A stretch of DNA of 64,000 bases from Candidatus Aminicenantes bacterium (GCA_017886205.1 JAFNEO010000040.1:57346-121345), one strand, 5' to 3'. Counted from the stretch's first letter, positions 39,026 to 47,251 are shown. The notes: generated from the letters alone by a model not told the origin. Numbers and translations: made by a program.

Positions 39026-39228
39026 TGACCCCCGCGACAATGATGTGAGGGCGGCAGGTTCCAAGCCCCGGACGTCAACTCCAGGTGACGGACGATGCGG
39101 CCCAGGACGGCATACTCCGTAAGGAAGGCGACGACCTTCATCGTGCCCGCGCACTCGGGCAGACCATCGGATCAGGCTCGCATACCGTGCAGATTATATC
39201 CGCCCACCTTCGTATTTCTAAGGTTACC

Positions 39229-39280
39229 GATGCCAGGAAGAGGCTGGCGGGGATAAAGCAATAGTGCTTTCTAGGATTAG
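39229..39280 (+). repeat. Copy 3 of the junction motif GATGCCAGGAAGAGGCTGGCGGGGATAAAGCAATAGTG
   Basis: It matches 28690-28737 and 29411-29457 and lies 180 bp upstream of the intact tRNA-Arg. Confidence 0.6.
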
Positions 39281-39380
39281 TTTTTCAAGATCATCGGATT
39301 TCCCATCCGTTGCTCTACAGGCAAATAAAATGTGTTTGTTCAACACTTTTTGATATAAGAGCGCCTTGAATTTGCTGCAT

Positions 39381-39399
39381 TTGTGACCAGATTGTGACC
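39381..39399 (+). repeat. Inverted-orientation copy (ttgtgaccagattgtgacc) of the arm repeat ggtcacaatttggtcacaatt found after the 5' tRNA fragments
   Basis: Its reverse complement is ggtcacaatctggtcacaa, compared with 22820-22840 and 32600-32620. It lies 60 bp upstream of the intact tRNA. Confidence 0.6.
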
Positions 39400-39459
39400 T
39401 GAAGTCGGTTTTACAACGGCCCCAACATGATGTAATATCTATTCCCAATTCCGAATTGC

Positions 39460-39532
39460 GCGCCCGTAGCTCAGTGGATAGAGCGGTGGACTTCGAATCC
39501 AAAGGTCGGGGGTTCAAATCCCTCCGGGCGCG
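39460..39532 (+). tRNA. tRNA-Arg, anticodon TCG (intact, 73 nt, CCA not encoded)
   Basis: The cloverleaf has the acceptor stem GCGCCCG/CGGGCGC, D arm GCTC-AGTGGATA-GAGC, anticodon loop CTTCGAA, a 5 nt variable loop, and T arm GGGGG-TTCAAAT-CCCTC. Confidence 0.85.
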
Positions 39533-39580
39533 CTCCCATATTCCCCATATAAACCCCCTTATAATCAGCATTTTGCCGAG

Positions 39581-39641
39581 TCCGTGATTTTACCCGATTT
39601 TCCGTGATTTTCCGCTTTAGGGTGGAGCCAAAGTGGAGCCA
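39581..39641 (+). promoter_or_regulatory. Putative integrase arm-type sites: the direct repeats tccgtgatttt (x2) and GGTGGAGCCAAAGTGGAGCCA
   Basis: The 21-mer at 39621-39641 recurs exactly at 54781-54801, 60 bp upstream of the att core at the other end of the element (inside the 3' end of the integrase gene). Confidence 0.45.
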
Positions 39642-39746
39642 AGTTTGGAAAATCTTATCGGAATAGTAGGGTTTAGAAACGATGACTCAAGTTGACATCC
39701 ACGCTGTTTTTATAGAAAAATATAGACTGAAACAGGAGATTGAAAG

Positions 39747-39935
39747 ATGAGCGAATTCCAACCGGGCATGGTCGTTCAATTAAAATCAGGTGGTCCCAGA
39801 ATGACCGTGAGGAGAATTGGTAGTGGAAACGTAGGCGGTGAAAACGATATCGATTGTGAATGGTTCTCCGGCGGCAAAGTTATAACGAAGAGTTTTAAGC
39901 CAGAGGTGCTTAAGGTTTTGGAAGGCCAAGAATAG
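39747..39935 (+). CDS. Small DUF2158/YodC-like protein (62 aa)
   Basis: The pattern GMVVQLKSGGPRMTV...CEWFSGGK is typical of the YodC family. The RBS caggagattgaaag is present. Confidence 0.4.
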   Translation: MSEFQPGMVVQLKSGGPRMTVRRIGSGNVGGENDIDCEWFSGGKVITKSFKPEVLKVLEGQE

Positions 39936-39961
39936 GATAAATTCCCTCCTGATCTGGTCGG

Positions 39962-40219
39962 CTATTCGCTCGAGGCGTCAATGTCCTGCTTAATGGTGGC
40001 GAGGAAATATTCCCTGATCTTCTTCGCGATATTTTCCCGGTCCTGTGGGCCTTGCATCTTGAGGATCAACGCAATATCTTTTTTCTCGCGTTCAGAAAGC
40101 GGCTGGTTATACTTTTTAAGGTTAAGATAGATTTCATAAAGTCGCAAGTGCTCATGTTCCCAGCCCGTTTGATCTACCATACTAAACCTCCTCCGTGCTC
40201 TTCTACCGGAGTATAGCAT
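39962..40219 (-). CDS. Hypothetical small protein (72-85 aa), the last gene of the minus-strand cargo cassette
   Basis: It is an intact ORF downstream of, and co-oriented with, the AT-rich genes. No recognisable domain was found. Confidence 0.35.
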   Translation of the reverse strand: MLYSGRRARRRFSMVDQTGWEHEHLRLYEIYLNLKKYNQPLSEREKKDIALILKMQGPQDRENIAKKIREYFLATIKQDIDASSE

Positions 40220-40439
40220 ACTCTGTCCTCGAGTTCGAGCCGATATATCGTGAAGAAGCGCTCAAGCGTCATACCGGAAGACCCCCCAAAAATATCTGTA
40301 CTAAGGATACAGATATTTCAGAAACGGGCCTTTCCCGCGTCTTCATGGCCCGCGATTCCGGCCAGGGTGAGCATACTGTGCAGCGCGTTCTCTTTCAGTC
40401 CCTCCCCGGAAACGTCAATGCTTTAAATTTCAATCGGGC

Positions 40440-40769
40440 TTATTCTTTTTTAGTTTCTTCTTTATCTTCCTCTATCCTATTTCCCCATTTTTCGTATAAT
40501 GCATTTCTAATCTCATGTGACAAATCCAAATTCTGTTTATGCTCTTCCCTTTTTAATTCTAAAAATATTACTGCCAGCCATACTAATTTTTCAAGTGGCA
40601 GGTTTTTCAGAATTTTGGATTGAAGAAATTCTATTTCTTTTATGTTTTCATAATTCTTCTTATCTTCTTCATTCTTTTTTCTTTCAAGATCAAGAAGCCA
40701 ATCGGCAATTGAATCGTGTGCTCTGTGCTCTTTTAAGTCTTCAAGCAAAACAAAATATTTTTTATTCAT
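40440..40769 (-). CDS. Hypothetical Lys/Glu-rich coiled-coil protein (109 aa) in the AT-rich cassette
   Basis: It lies in a segment of ~30-35% GC, against a ~60% background. The 26 bp gap after the upstream 295 aa gene suggests an operon. Confidence 0.45.
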   Translation of the reverse strand: MNKKYFVLLEDLKEHRAHDSIADWLLDLERKKNEEDKKNYENIKEIEFLQSKILKNLPLEKLVWLAVIFLELKREEHKQNLDLSHEIRNALYEKWGNRIEEDKEETKKE

Positions 40770-40795
40770 TTTCTCCCCTTTTTATTTAGACTTTT

Positions 40796-41683
40796 TTAGG
40801 CTGCCCATGAAGTCATTTTATCAAAATTTTCTTTGGCCTCAAAAATAGAATAAGGAGCCATTTTTTTTATGCCTTCGAATATAAGATGCATATCCCTATC
40901 AAAGCGTTTGAACCAAAATATCCAATCTGGATTCAACGATATTTTTCTGTTTTTCTTATTCCATGCGATTAATTTTCTGAATTCTAAATAGCTCAAATAA
41001 AGTATTAAATCGTCTCTTTTAATGTGAATTTTTCTTGATATGTCTCTTTGACCGACTTCTCGGTTTTCTTTTGATAGATAGTCGAATATTTTAAATGAAT
41101 ATTTAAGAATCGGCCTAAAGATTTTATAAAATGCCCACTCGAGATTTTCTGGAGAAAGAGACCAAGCGGGCCGAAAATTGTTTTTTGGGTACCGTCTTAT
41201 AATTTCAAACATGTTTTCTAATTCGAACATAAACCAACTTATCTCAATAGGAGCAAGTATTCTCGCATTATCTCTAGCATTTATAATTCCTGATAGATTG
41301 AATCTTTTGTCGTACCTTGAGATTATCCTGAAATGTTCCCTTTCTTTCTGCATATGATTCGTCTTCCATTTTTGCCCCGTAATTCTTTCATATAATTTTA
41401 AAATATCCTCCCATTTATGAACTCGGTTTTTATTATGACTAAAAAATTTAGAGTTTTGTCTATTCTTGCTATATGAATGAACATGAGCCAACCAATAAAG
41501 GAAAAAAGAATCCTTCTCGATTCGTATTCTCTTATTTTTAGATTTAACAAAATGAAATAGGCAGGAAGGGCAGCTACAATTTTTATGAACTAGGTCATTT
41601 TGAAAATTTTCATAAGACTTTTTAAGGTCTTTCTCTGTCACTATTTTGCCATTCGAGGTGGCCACTGACTTTTCCCCTAACAC
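40796..41683 (-). CDS. Hypothetical protein (~295 aa) with a Cys/His cluster (CSCPSC...H.H), AT-rich. It is a candidate accessory or defence gene. The start codon is uncertain.
   Basis: It is a long intact ORF in a ~30% GC segment inside a ~60% GC element. It is divergent from the XRE regulator gene with only a 16 bp gap. No recognisable family was found. Confidence 0.45.
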   Translation of the reverse strand: MLGEKSVATSNGKIVTEKDLKKSYENFQNDLVHKNCSCPSCLFHFVKSKNKRIRIEKDSFFLYWLAHVHSYSKNRQNSKFFSHNKNRVHKWEDILKLYERITGQKWKTNHMQKEREHFRIISRYDKRFNLSGIINARDNARILAPIEISWFMFELENMFEIIRRYPKNNFRPAWSLSPENLEWAFYKIFRPILKYSFKIFDYLSKENREVGQRDISRKIHIKRDDLILYLSYLEFRKLIAWNKKNRKISLNPDWIFWFKRFDRDMHLIFEGIKKMAPYSIFEAKENFDKMTSWAA

Positions 41684-41693
41684 AGATTAATCT
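41684..41693. promoter_or_regulatory. Perfect 10 bp palindrome AGATTAATCT between the divergent cassette and XRE genes (candidate operator)
   Basis: It sits exactly in the 16 bp gap between the cassette ORF start (41683) and the XRE ATG (41700). Confidence 0.3.
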
Positions 41694-41699
41694 TATCAT

Positions 41700-41912
41700 A
41701 TGCTGAAAAAAATTTCAACTAAGTCACGGTTTAGAATGATTCGAATTTTGAAGGGCTTGACCCAATTCGATCTTCAAAAAAAGAGTGGGGTATCTCATTC
41801 CACGCTCAGCATGATCGAGCGAGGACACCGTGAGCCTACTAGTAAACAAAAGAAAACATTGACTCGGGTTTTAGGCGTGCCCGAGCAATCTATTTTCGGC
41901 GAGGACGAATGA
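41700..41912 (+). CDS. XRE-family (Cro/CI-type) helix-turn-helix transcriptional regulator
   Basis: The motif LKGLTQFDLQKKSGVSHSTLSMIERG is a classic HTH_3. Confidence 0.8.
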   Translation: MLKKISTKSRFRMIRILKGLTQFDLQKKSGVSHSTLSMIERGHREPTSKQKKTLTRVLGVPEQSIFGEDE

Positions 41913-42130
41913 CTGATTACCCGCGCCGTTTTTGGACGATCGCGCAGACGGCCGATTTTTTGCAGCTCTCAATCAAATGTATATATGCTATGGCCAGCCG
42001 CGGGAGCCTACCGGTTGTCCGGATTTGTCCGGGACGGAAGAAAGGGCTGCGGATCGATGGACGCGAGCTCGAACGGCGGCTGGAGAAGCAGATCGAGGCC
42101 GGCGCGGGAACCAAGGGGCCGCAGAGATGA
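41909..42130 (+). CDS. AlpA/excisionase-family small DNA-binding protein
   Basis: TIAQTADFLQLSIKCIYAMASRGSLPVVRICPGRKKGLRIDGRELERRL matches the phage AlpA/Xis-type HTH. It shares 4 bp overlaps with both of its neighbours. Confidence 0.55.
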   Translation: MTDYPRRFWTIAQTADFLQLSIKCIYAMASRGSLPVVRICPGRKKGLRIDGRELERRLEKQIEAGAGTKGPQR

Positions 42131-43521
42131 GTACGGATTATTCACGGTTGATCCTGGGCTCGCTCATTATGCGGCCAGCGCTTCTGGAATCCTCGGACAT
42201 AGGCGACGGTGATTTTCCGGATGGGTTTGACGCGAAAATCTTCCGGGCGATCACTGAGGAGTGGGAAAACAGTCGCCCGGACTGTATTGACATCAATTGC
42301 TTGACGGCCAAGATCGGCGGGAATGGTGCCCACGTCTCGAGCCTACTCGATGGGCTTGTTAAACTCGACGATCAGACCTTTGGCCGCTATCTCCTCGAAT
42401 ATAAAAAACGGAATGCGGCTCGACGGTTGGCAAAAGCCTTAAAATCAGAACTGGATATAGAGTTTAAGACGGGAGAGCTTTGCCTCGATAAGATCGTTCC
42501 GTTACTTGACGAATACAAATGCCTTGAAAATTCGGCGGCTAATTTTGTCCCGTTGTCTGAGGTTGAAGCTGCGCCGATAGTTTGGCTGTGGGAGCGGCGG
42601 ATCCCAGTCGGTATGCTAAGCCTTTTGGCTGGTGCGCCGGAAGCCGGAAAGTCATTTCTTTCACTGGCGATGGCCGCCCGACTGAGTCGCGGTGTGGCCC
42701 TGCCCGACGACGGCGGCAATCCCCGGCTGTGCTCGACGCTCGTGATAGCATCTGAAGACCCGCTTGCCCAAGCGGTAAGGCCCCGGGCCGAGGCGAATGG
42801 GGCGGACCTGAACCGAATCTTTGTTGAGAAGAGCGAATATTTCGGCGAAGACATCGGTACCGAGCTAAGGCGAATTCGACAGACCATCCGTCAGAAAAGG
42901 GATATCGGACTTATCATCGTTGACCCGCTCAATAATTTGATGCCCGGCCGAGCTAATTGGTTCCAAGATCCGAGCGTCCGCCGCGAGCTGCTTCAACCGC
43001 TCATCGAGTTGGCCGAGGGGGAGCAGGTCTCTATCCTGGGCATCGTCCATTTAACGAAGGCCGAAGACCTCGGCGCCCTGGCCCGGATCCCCGGCTCAAT
43101 GGCCTACGGGGCCGCAGCCCGTTCCGTCATCGGTGTTGGTCTAGATCCGGATGACAAGGATGAAAAGCGCCGACTAGTTGTCAGCGTCAAAATGAACTAC
43201 GCCGAGAAGCCGGACGCCGTCGCCTTCCGAATCGGTTCCGATCTTCGAGTCACGTTTGAAGACAATCCCATCCAAAATGTCAGCGCCGACGACGTCTTGT
43301 CTAAGCGTCCGGAAGATAAAGCGAGCAGATCATTCGCTGATGAATGGCTCCAAGACCAGCTCTCCAATGGTCCCGCCGAAATCCACCGCCTCGTGATCGA
43401 AGCCAAAAAGGTTGGCATAGCGGCCAGCACTCTCTACAGGATAAAAGGCCGACTCAACATCAAACATCGATCCCAAGGCTTTGGCGAATTTAAGAAGTCA
43501 ACGTGGGAGCTTTTATCATGA
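42127..43521 (+). CDS. Replication protein with a DnaB-N-like domain plus an AAA_25/RecA-like NTPase (RepA/primase-associated helicase-like)
   Basis: The Walker A is LLAGAPEAGKSFLSL and the Walker B region is LIIVDPLNNLM. The N-terminal helical domain resembles DnaB-N. Confidence 0.55.
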   Translation: MSTDYSRLILGSLIMRPALLESSDIGDGDFPDGFDAKIFRAITEEWENSRPDCIDINCLTAKIGGNGAHVSSLLDGLVKLDDQTFGRYLLEYKKRNAARRLAKALKSELDIEFKTGELCLDKIVPLLDEYKCLENSAANFVPLSEVEAAPIVWLWERRIPVGMLSLLAGAPEAGKSFLSLAMAARLSRGVALPDDGGNPRLCSTLVIASEDPLAQAVRPRAEANGADLNRIFVEKSEYFGEDIGTELRRIRQTIRQKRDIGLIIVDPLNNLMPGRANWFQDPSVRRELLQPLIELAEGEQVSILGIVHLTKAEDLGALARIPGSMAYGAAARSVIGVGLDPDDKDEKRRLVVSVKMNYAEKPDAVAFRIGSDLRVTFEDNPIQNVSADDVLSKRPEDKASRSFADEWLQDQLSNGPAEIHRLVIEAKKVGIAASTLYRIKGRLNIKHRSQGFGEFKKSTWELLS

Positions 43522-43549
43522 AAGGACCCCAATATTCTCATCTTACTTT

Positions 43550-43630
43550 AATAATAATATTGAGAAGATTGAGAAGATTGAGAAAAATGATGTTCCCAAT
43601 ATTCTCAATTTTCCCAATTTTCTCAGGTGA
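43550..43630 (+). repeat. Iteron-like direct and inverted repeats (ATTGAGAAG x3, inverted TTCTCAAT copies), a candidate origin of replication
   Basis: The sequence aatattgagaagattgagaagattgagaaaaatgatgttcccaatattctcaattttcccaattttctcag lies immediately downstream of the replication gene in a locally AT-rich stretch. Confidence 0.4.
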
Positions 43631-43971
43631 GAGTAGTGAGAATATTGATGGCAAAATCCCGCCCCGAGGCAGTCGTCTTCGGGCTGGATCGATACCTGGA
43701 ATTCTGGCCGGGTTTTCCCCTGGAATGCTGCGTCGCCTAAGAGCTATTATGTCAACTAGGAATCGCCGCAACTATATGATAAATCAACAACTTCCACAAA
43801 CGGGATTTTTATTATTTCTCGGGAAAAATTATCTGCCCCAAAACAGAGATTCCGTCCCGTTGTGCCTCATAAAGACGGGGGTATATCCCATTTATATGCC
43901 ATTTTTGAGGTTTTTATCCCATTTTGAGAAGGGCCGACTACGGACGCCGAGTGCAATTTTAGGGGGTTTAC

Positions 43972-44556
43972 ATGGGTGATTTGGGCTTTACCAGACAGAA
44001 GGATCCCGTCACCGGGCGGTTCCTCCCAGGCAATAAGGGCAATCAGAAGCACGGAGTCAACGTCTTTCTTCAGACAGGCAAGCTGCCCTCTGTTCGGGGC
44101 AAGCGCCTCTTGAATAAGTATTTGAGGCAGTTCGAGAAGGACCTACTGGAGGCCCTCGGGGGCTCACCTACGCCCCAGCAAGAGTGCCTAGTCCGGCAAG
44201 TGCTGAGGGCTGAGGGTGTCCTACGCCTGATAGAGATATGGCTTCAGAAGGTGCCAGCGATCAGCGGGAAGGCGTGGAAGCGGGGCTCCCTTGAATTGCA
44301 ACCCTGTCTCGCGCAGAGCTATGGATTTTTCCTCAACGTCCAGCGGCAGGCGCTTCTGGCATTGGGTTTAGACCGGAAGCCTGAACCCGGCCAGGACTTA
44401 GCAACGATTGTCGCTGAAATAGACGAGAAGGCCGCCGCTGAGAAGGCCGAGCGCGGGGCTGCTGGTCAGGAGGTCCAGGGCCAGGGCAAGGAGACGGGGG
44501 AGGGCGAGGAAAGCGATCCTGGGGCAAATGGAGGAGAAAAAGATGGAAGCCATTGA
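43972..44556 (+). CDS. Hypothetical phage protein with an acidic Gly/Glu-rich tail
   Basis: It is an intact ORF. No recognisable family was found. Confidence 0.35.
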   Translation: MGDLGFTRQKDPVTGRFLPGNKGNQKHGVNVFLQTGKLPSVRGKRLLNKYLRQFEKDLLEALGGSPTPQQECLVRQVLRAEGVLRLIEIWLQKVPAISGKAWKRGSLELQPCLAQSYGFFLNVQRQALLALGLDRKPEPGQDLATIVAEIDEKAAAEKAERGAAGQEVQGQGKETGEGEESDPGANGGEKDGSH

Positions 44557-44812
44557 GTACCGGAAAAAAGAGATCGCGTTCACGAGCTTACGGAATTGCA
44601 TTACGTTCTGCTCGCTGGTGAACTTGCCAACGTTTAATCTTGGCAGGATCGCGAAAGTTTTTGATGTGGACGAAGGATTTCTCCGCCTTTGGCAACATCA
44701 GAACCGCGCGTTGATCAATAAGGTGCTCGGGCAGTACGGGGAAGAAATAACAGAGGAAACAAAGAAGCGATCGATGGAGGGTGAGGGGCAGGGGGGGGAA
44801 TGAGGAGACAAG

Positions 44813-45112
44813 ATGAGAGAACATGAGAACGAAAGCAGACTTGTCGCCGAGTTCGACAAGAACAGCATGGAGCTGGTCAAGGTTCACTTGACCCGATGGC
44901 ACAATGTCGATTATGTGGACGTCAGAGTCTGGGTGAAGGGTGAGCCGGGCAGTTCGGGCGCTGAGCAGCCGACGACGCGGGGCATTCGGATAAGTGCCGA
45001 GCTCCTACCGGACCTGCGTTCTGCGATTGACGTGGCGATTGAGGCGCTCGAGGATGGGCCGAAAGTCGAAATCGTCCATGATGGCGCCCAGGGGAGCCGG
45101 GAGAGTCGCTGA
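44813..45112 (+). CDS. Hypothetical protein, possibly a PC4/YdbC-like ssDNA-binding fold
   Basis: The pattern ...ELVKVHLTRWHNVDYVDVRVWVKG...TTRGIRISAELL resembles the bacterial PC4-like signature (K..V.V..F.G...VDIR.W...KGI.L). Confidence 0.3.
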   Translation: MREHENESRLVAEFDKNSMELVKVHLTRWHNVDYVDVRVWVKGEPGSSGAEQPTTRGIRISAELLPDLRSAIDVAIEALEDGPKVEIVHDGAQGSRESR

Positions 45113-45177
45113 TGGCGCGCGTGGGGGGCCAGAAGTCCTTGTTAACGGGCTCAAGACGGGCGATCGCGGGGAATAGG

Positions 45178-45351
45178 ATGTCCTATAAGCGCTGCCTGGT
45201 CTGCCTGGGTCCTGTGGCTAGGGGAAAGAAAATCTGTTCTCCCCGCTGCCGGCTGGTCAAGTGGGGAGCTAAGGCGCTGCTGGAGGCATACCGGGAGGGC
45301 CGCGCTGACGGCCTGCGCGATGTTATCAAAAAGCTGGGTGAGGCGGTGTAG
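45178..45351 (+). CDS. Small zinc-ribbon protein (CLVC...CSPRC)
   Basis: Two CxxC pairs are present. The ATG is internal to a longer ORF. Confidence 0.3.
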   Translation: MSYKRCLVCLGPVARGKKICSPRCRLVKWGAKALLEAYREGRADGLRDVIKKLGEAV

Positions 45352-45414
45352 TGAACGTCATCGAGGCGATTTCAGGAATGATTACAAAAAAAATCAAATC
45401 GGAGGTGAAATAAA

Positions 45415-45675
45415 ATGTGTGACTATGATCCAAAAAAAGAGCTTCAATCGTGGGAAGATGCGAAAAAGGCGATGCGTTGCCCGCGTGCAAAAGAAGCGCG
45501 GGAAGCCTTATTTTTGAGCGTCCCTCAGTTCTGCCAGCTTATGGAGATTTCTGAAGGCGATTACTACGACATGGTAGCCGGCTCAAAGCAACTCTCGCTT
45601 TCAAACAAACTCTTTCTGGTCGAGGCCATCCGGATTGCGAGGGAGCGGGGCCTCATCGTTGACGAAAGAGATTAG
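45415..45675 (+). CDS. Hypothetical small phage protein
   Basis: It is an intact ORF with the RBS ggaggtgaaataaaATG. Confidence 0.3.
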   Translation: MCDYDPKKELQSWEDAKKAMRCPRAKEAREALFLSVPQFCQLMEISEGDYYDMVAGSKQLSLSNKLFLVEAIRIARERGLIVDERD

Positions 45676-45833
45676 CGGGGGCAAGCATGAGAACATTTGC
45701 CTGTCTTAGCATCATGTTTTTTCTGGCGCATTTCAACGTAAGAATTGGCCTCTTGGGGATTTTCCTGACCTTCGCTTTCCTCGTCGCCTTTTTTCAAGAT
45801 ATTAGGGAACTCATTGGCGTCAGGAAATAAAAA

Positions 45834-46085
45834 GTGAAAATGATCGACTTTGAAATCCCCTGCCTCCGCTGTGGCCGCGTTATCAGGGGACGGAGAAGGG
45901 AAGATGAATACGGGAAGCACTTTTCTTGTAAACGATGCGGTGGCCAGTTTTCGATCACCTTTGAACTTCCGGACCTCGAGGCTGCCTTCATCGCCGGCGA
46001 GTTGCGACCAGGCATAGTCGTGAGGCGATCCAGACTGATTGAGGATAACTTCCCGGCGGCGGCAATATTTGGGAAGAGGAGTTAA
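45834..46085 (+). CDS. Small zinc-ribbon protein (CLRCG...CKRCG)
   Basis: Two CxxC pairs are present. Confidence 0.35.
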   Translation: MKMIDFEIPCLRCGRVIRGRRREDEYGKHFSCKRCGGQFSITFELPDLEAAFIAGELRPGIVVRRSRLIEDNFPAAAIFGKRS

Positions 46086-46236
46086 AGATGGACACGAAGC
46101 AATTTGAATTGCTTTTAAAGATTTTGGGGAAGGATAAGCAGGCACAGTCGTTGCCAGGTGGCGACGGGATTAAGGATGAAACGCCCCCAAAAAGCCAGGG
46201 AGAAAAGGCGCATTTGGGGAAAACTTTTTATCAAAA

Positions 46237-46641
46237 TTGGGTGGCGAAAACGGAGGATGGAGGCTAATGATGGACGAGAGGGACTTTGGATTATTTTTAA
46301 GTGCAGTCAAAGGCAAGTCCTTGGCTGAAATTCGGGGGGCGGAGATTGAGCGAGTTTTGAAGGAATTATTGGCGGGGGAATTTGCTGAAGTGAAAGAGAC
46401 AAAATTCAAGGTCATGCTAAAGAAGCCGAGCGGTGGCGGCCTGGCTTCTATAAACAAGGTTGAGGACCAAGTTTACATCTGGGTTGACCCTGAAAATTGG
46501 AAACACAGTTTCAGTAAGGAAATAATCCGAAGTTTAATGCGCCATGAGCTGCTGCACCTTGAGCTTGGCCTCATGGACGATGCCGACCCAAGATTTAAGC
46601 AGGCGGCGAGGGAACGTGGTATCAGCATATGGAATGTTTGA
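46237..46641 (+). CDS. Hypothetical protein with an HExxH motif (MRHELLHLE), possibly a SprT-like metallopeptidase fold
   Basis: The call rests on the single motif only. Confidence 0.3.
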   Translation: MGGENGGWRLMMDERDFGLFLSAVKGKSLAEIRGAEIERVLKELLAGEFAEVKETKFKVMLKKPSGGGLASINKVEDQVYIWVDPENWKHSFSKEIIRSLMRHELLHLELGLMDDADPRFKQAARERGISIWNV

Positions 46642-47251
46642 AAAAAGGAGCAAAGAAGTGAAGAGGGAAAAACCGAAGGGGCAGCAGGAAGTTGTTATTT
46701 CCTACCAAAAAGGGCGGATGGTTTTCGAGGTAGGCGACCGGGAATTTTACCTGACAGAAGAAGCAGCCGGGAAACTTTTTGGGCGAAGCGTTGGAATTGA
46801 ATTCGAGCGCCTATCCGGTAAGGACGAAGATTTCGGCGGCATCAAGAGCCTGGGAAATTTTATAAAGATTGCCCGGTTGATGAGAAAAGGATTGCCGTAT
46901 TTTTCAATAGCCAAAGCTATGAATTATTCGGAACAGCAAGTCAAAGAATTTTACAACTTTGAAGTGCGAAGGCCGCGGGTAGAAGGTTTTAACGTCCAAT
47001 CGATTGAGAACGAGCGCCAGCGTCAGGCAGCCGACGAGATGGACTTCTGCCGTGAGGCACAGCGCCCTCGCGCCTTGAACGAGACCGCCGATCCGACGCC
47101 CGGGGAAAAGTTTGTCGATTTACTGCGAGTCAAAACCTTACAACGCCAGGGCAAAAAAAACGGAGAGATCGCCGATTATCTAAGTCTTGACCGGACTGCG
47201 TTTGATAGATTTCTAGAAAAGAATCGGCAGTATTTGGACTTGATTCCATGA
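46634..47251 (+). CDS. Candidate terminase small subunit (the alternative GTG start at 46658 has a better RBS)
   Basis: It sits immediately upstream of the large terminase and has a C-terminal HTH-like segment (GKKNGEIADYLSLDRTAFDRFL). Confidence 0.4.
   Translation: MFEKRSKEVKREKPKGQQEVVISYQKGRMVFEVGDREFYLTEEAAGKLFGRSVGIEFERLSGKDEDFGGIKSLGNFIKIARLMRKGLPYFSIAKAMNYSEQQVKEFYNFEVRRPRVEGFNVQSIENERQRQAADEMDFCREAQRPRALNETADPTPGEKFVDLLRVKTLQRQGKKNGEIADYLSLDRTAFDRFLEKNRQYLDLIP

Noticed and set aside
37970-39154. A 394 aa minus-strand ORF
   Set aside because: It is antisense to the alpha/beta hydrolase gene, and its translation is Arg/Gly-rich low complexity.
39224-39571. A 115 aa minus-strand ORF
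   Set aside because: It spans the intact tRNA-Arg gene and the junction-motif repeat, so it is not plausibly coding.
40195-40789. Plus-strand ORFs of 142 aa and 90 aa in the AT-rich segment
   Set aside because: They are antisense to the two AT-rich cassette genes. Long Phe/Leu/Ile-rich ORFs are expected by chance in 30% GC DNA.
43538-43771. Short tandem repeats that might be a CRISPR array
   Set aside because: The repeats are only 9 nt long with no unique spacers of regular length, and no cas genes are nearby. They fit iterons next to a replication gene far better.
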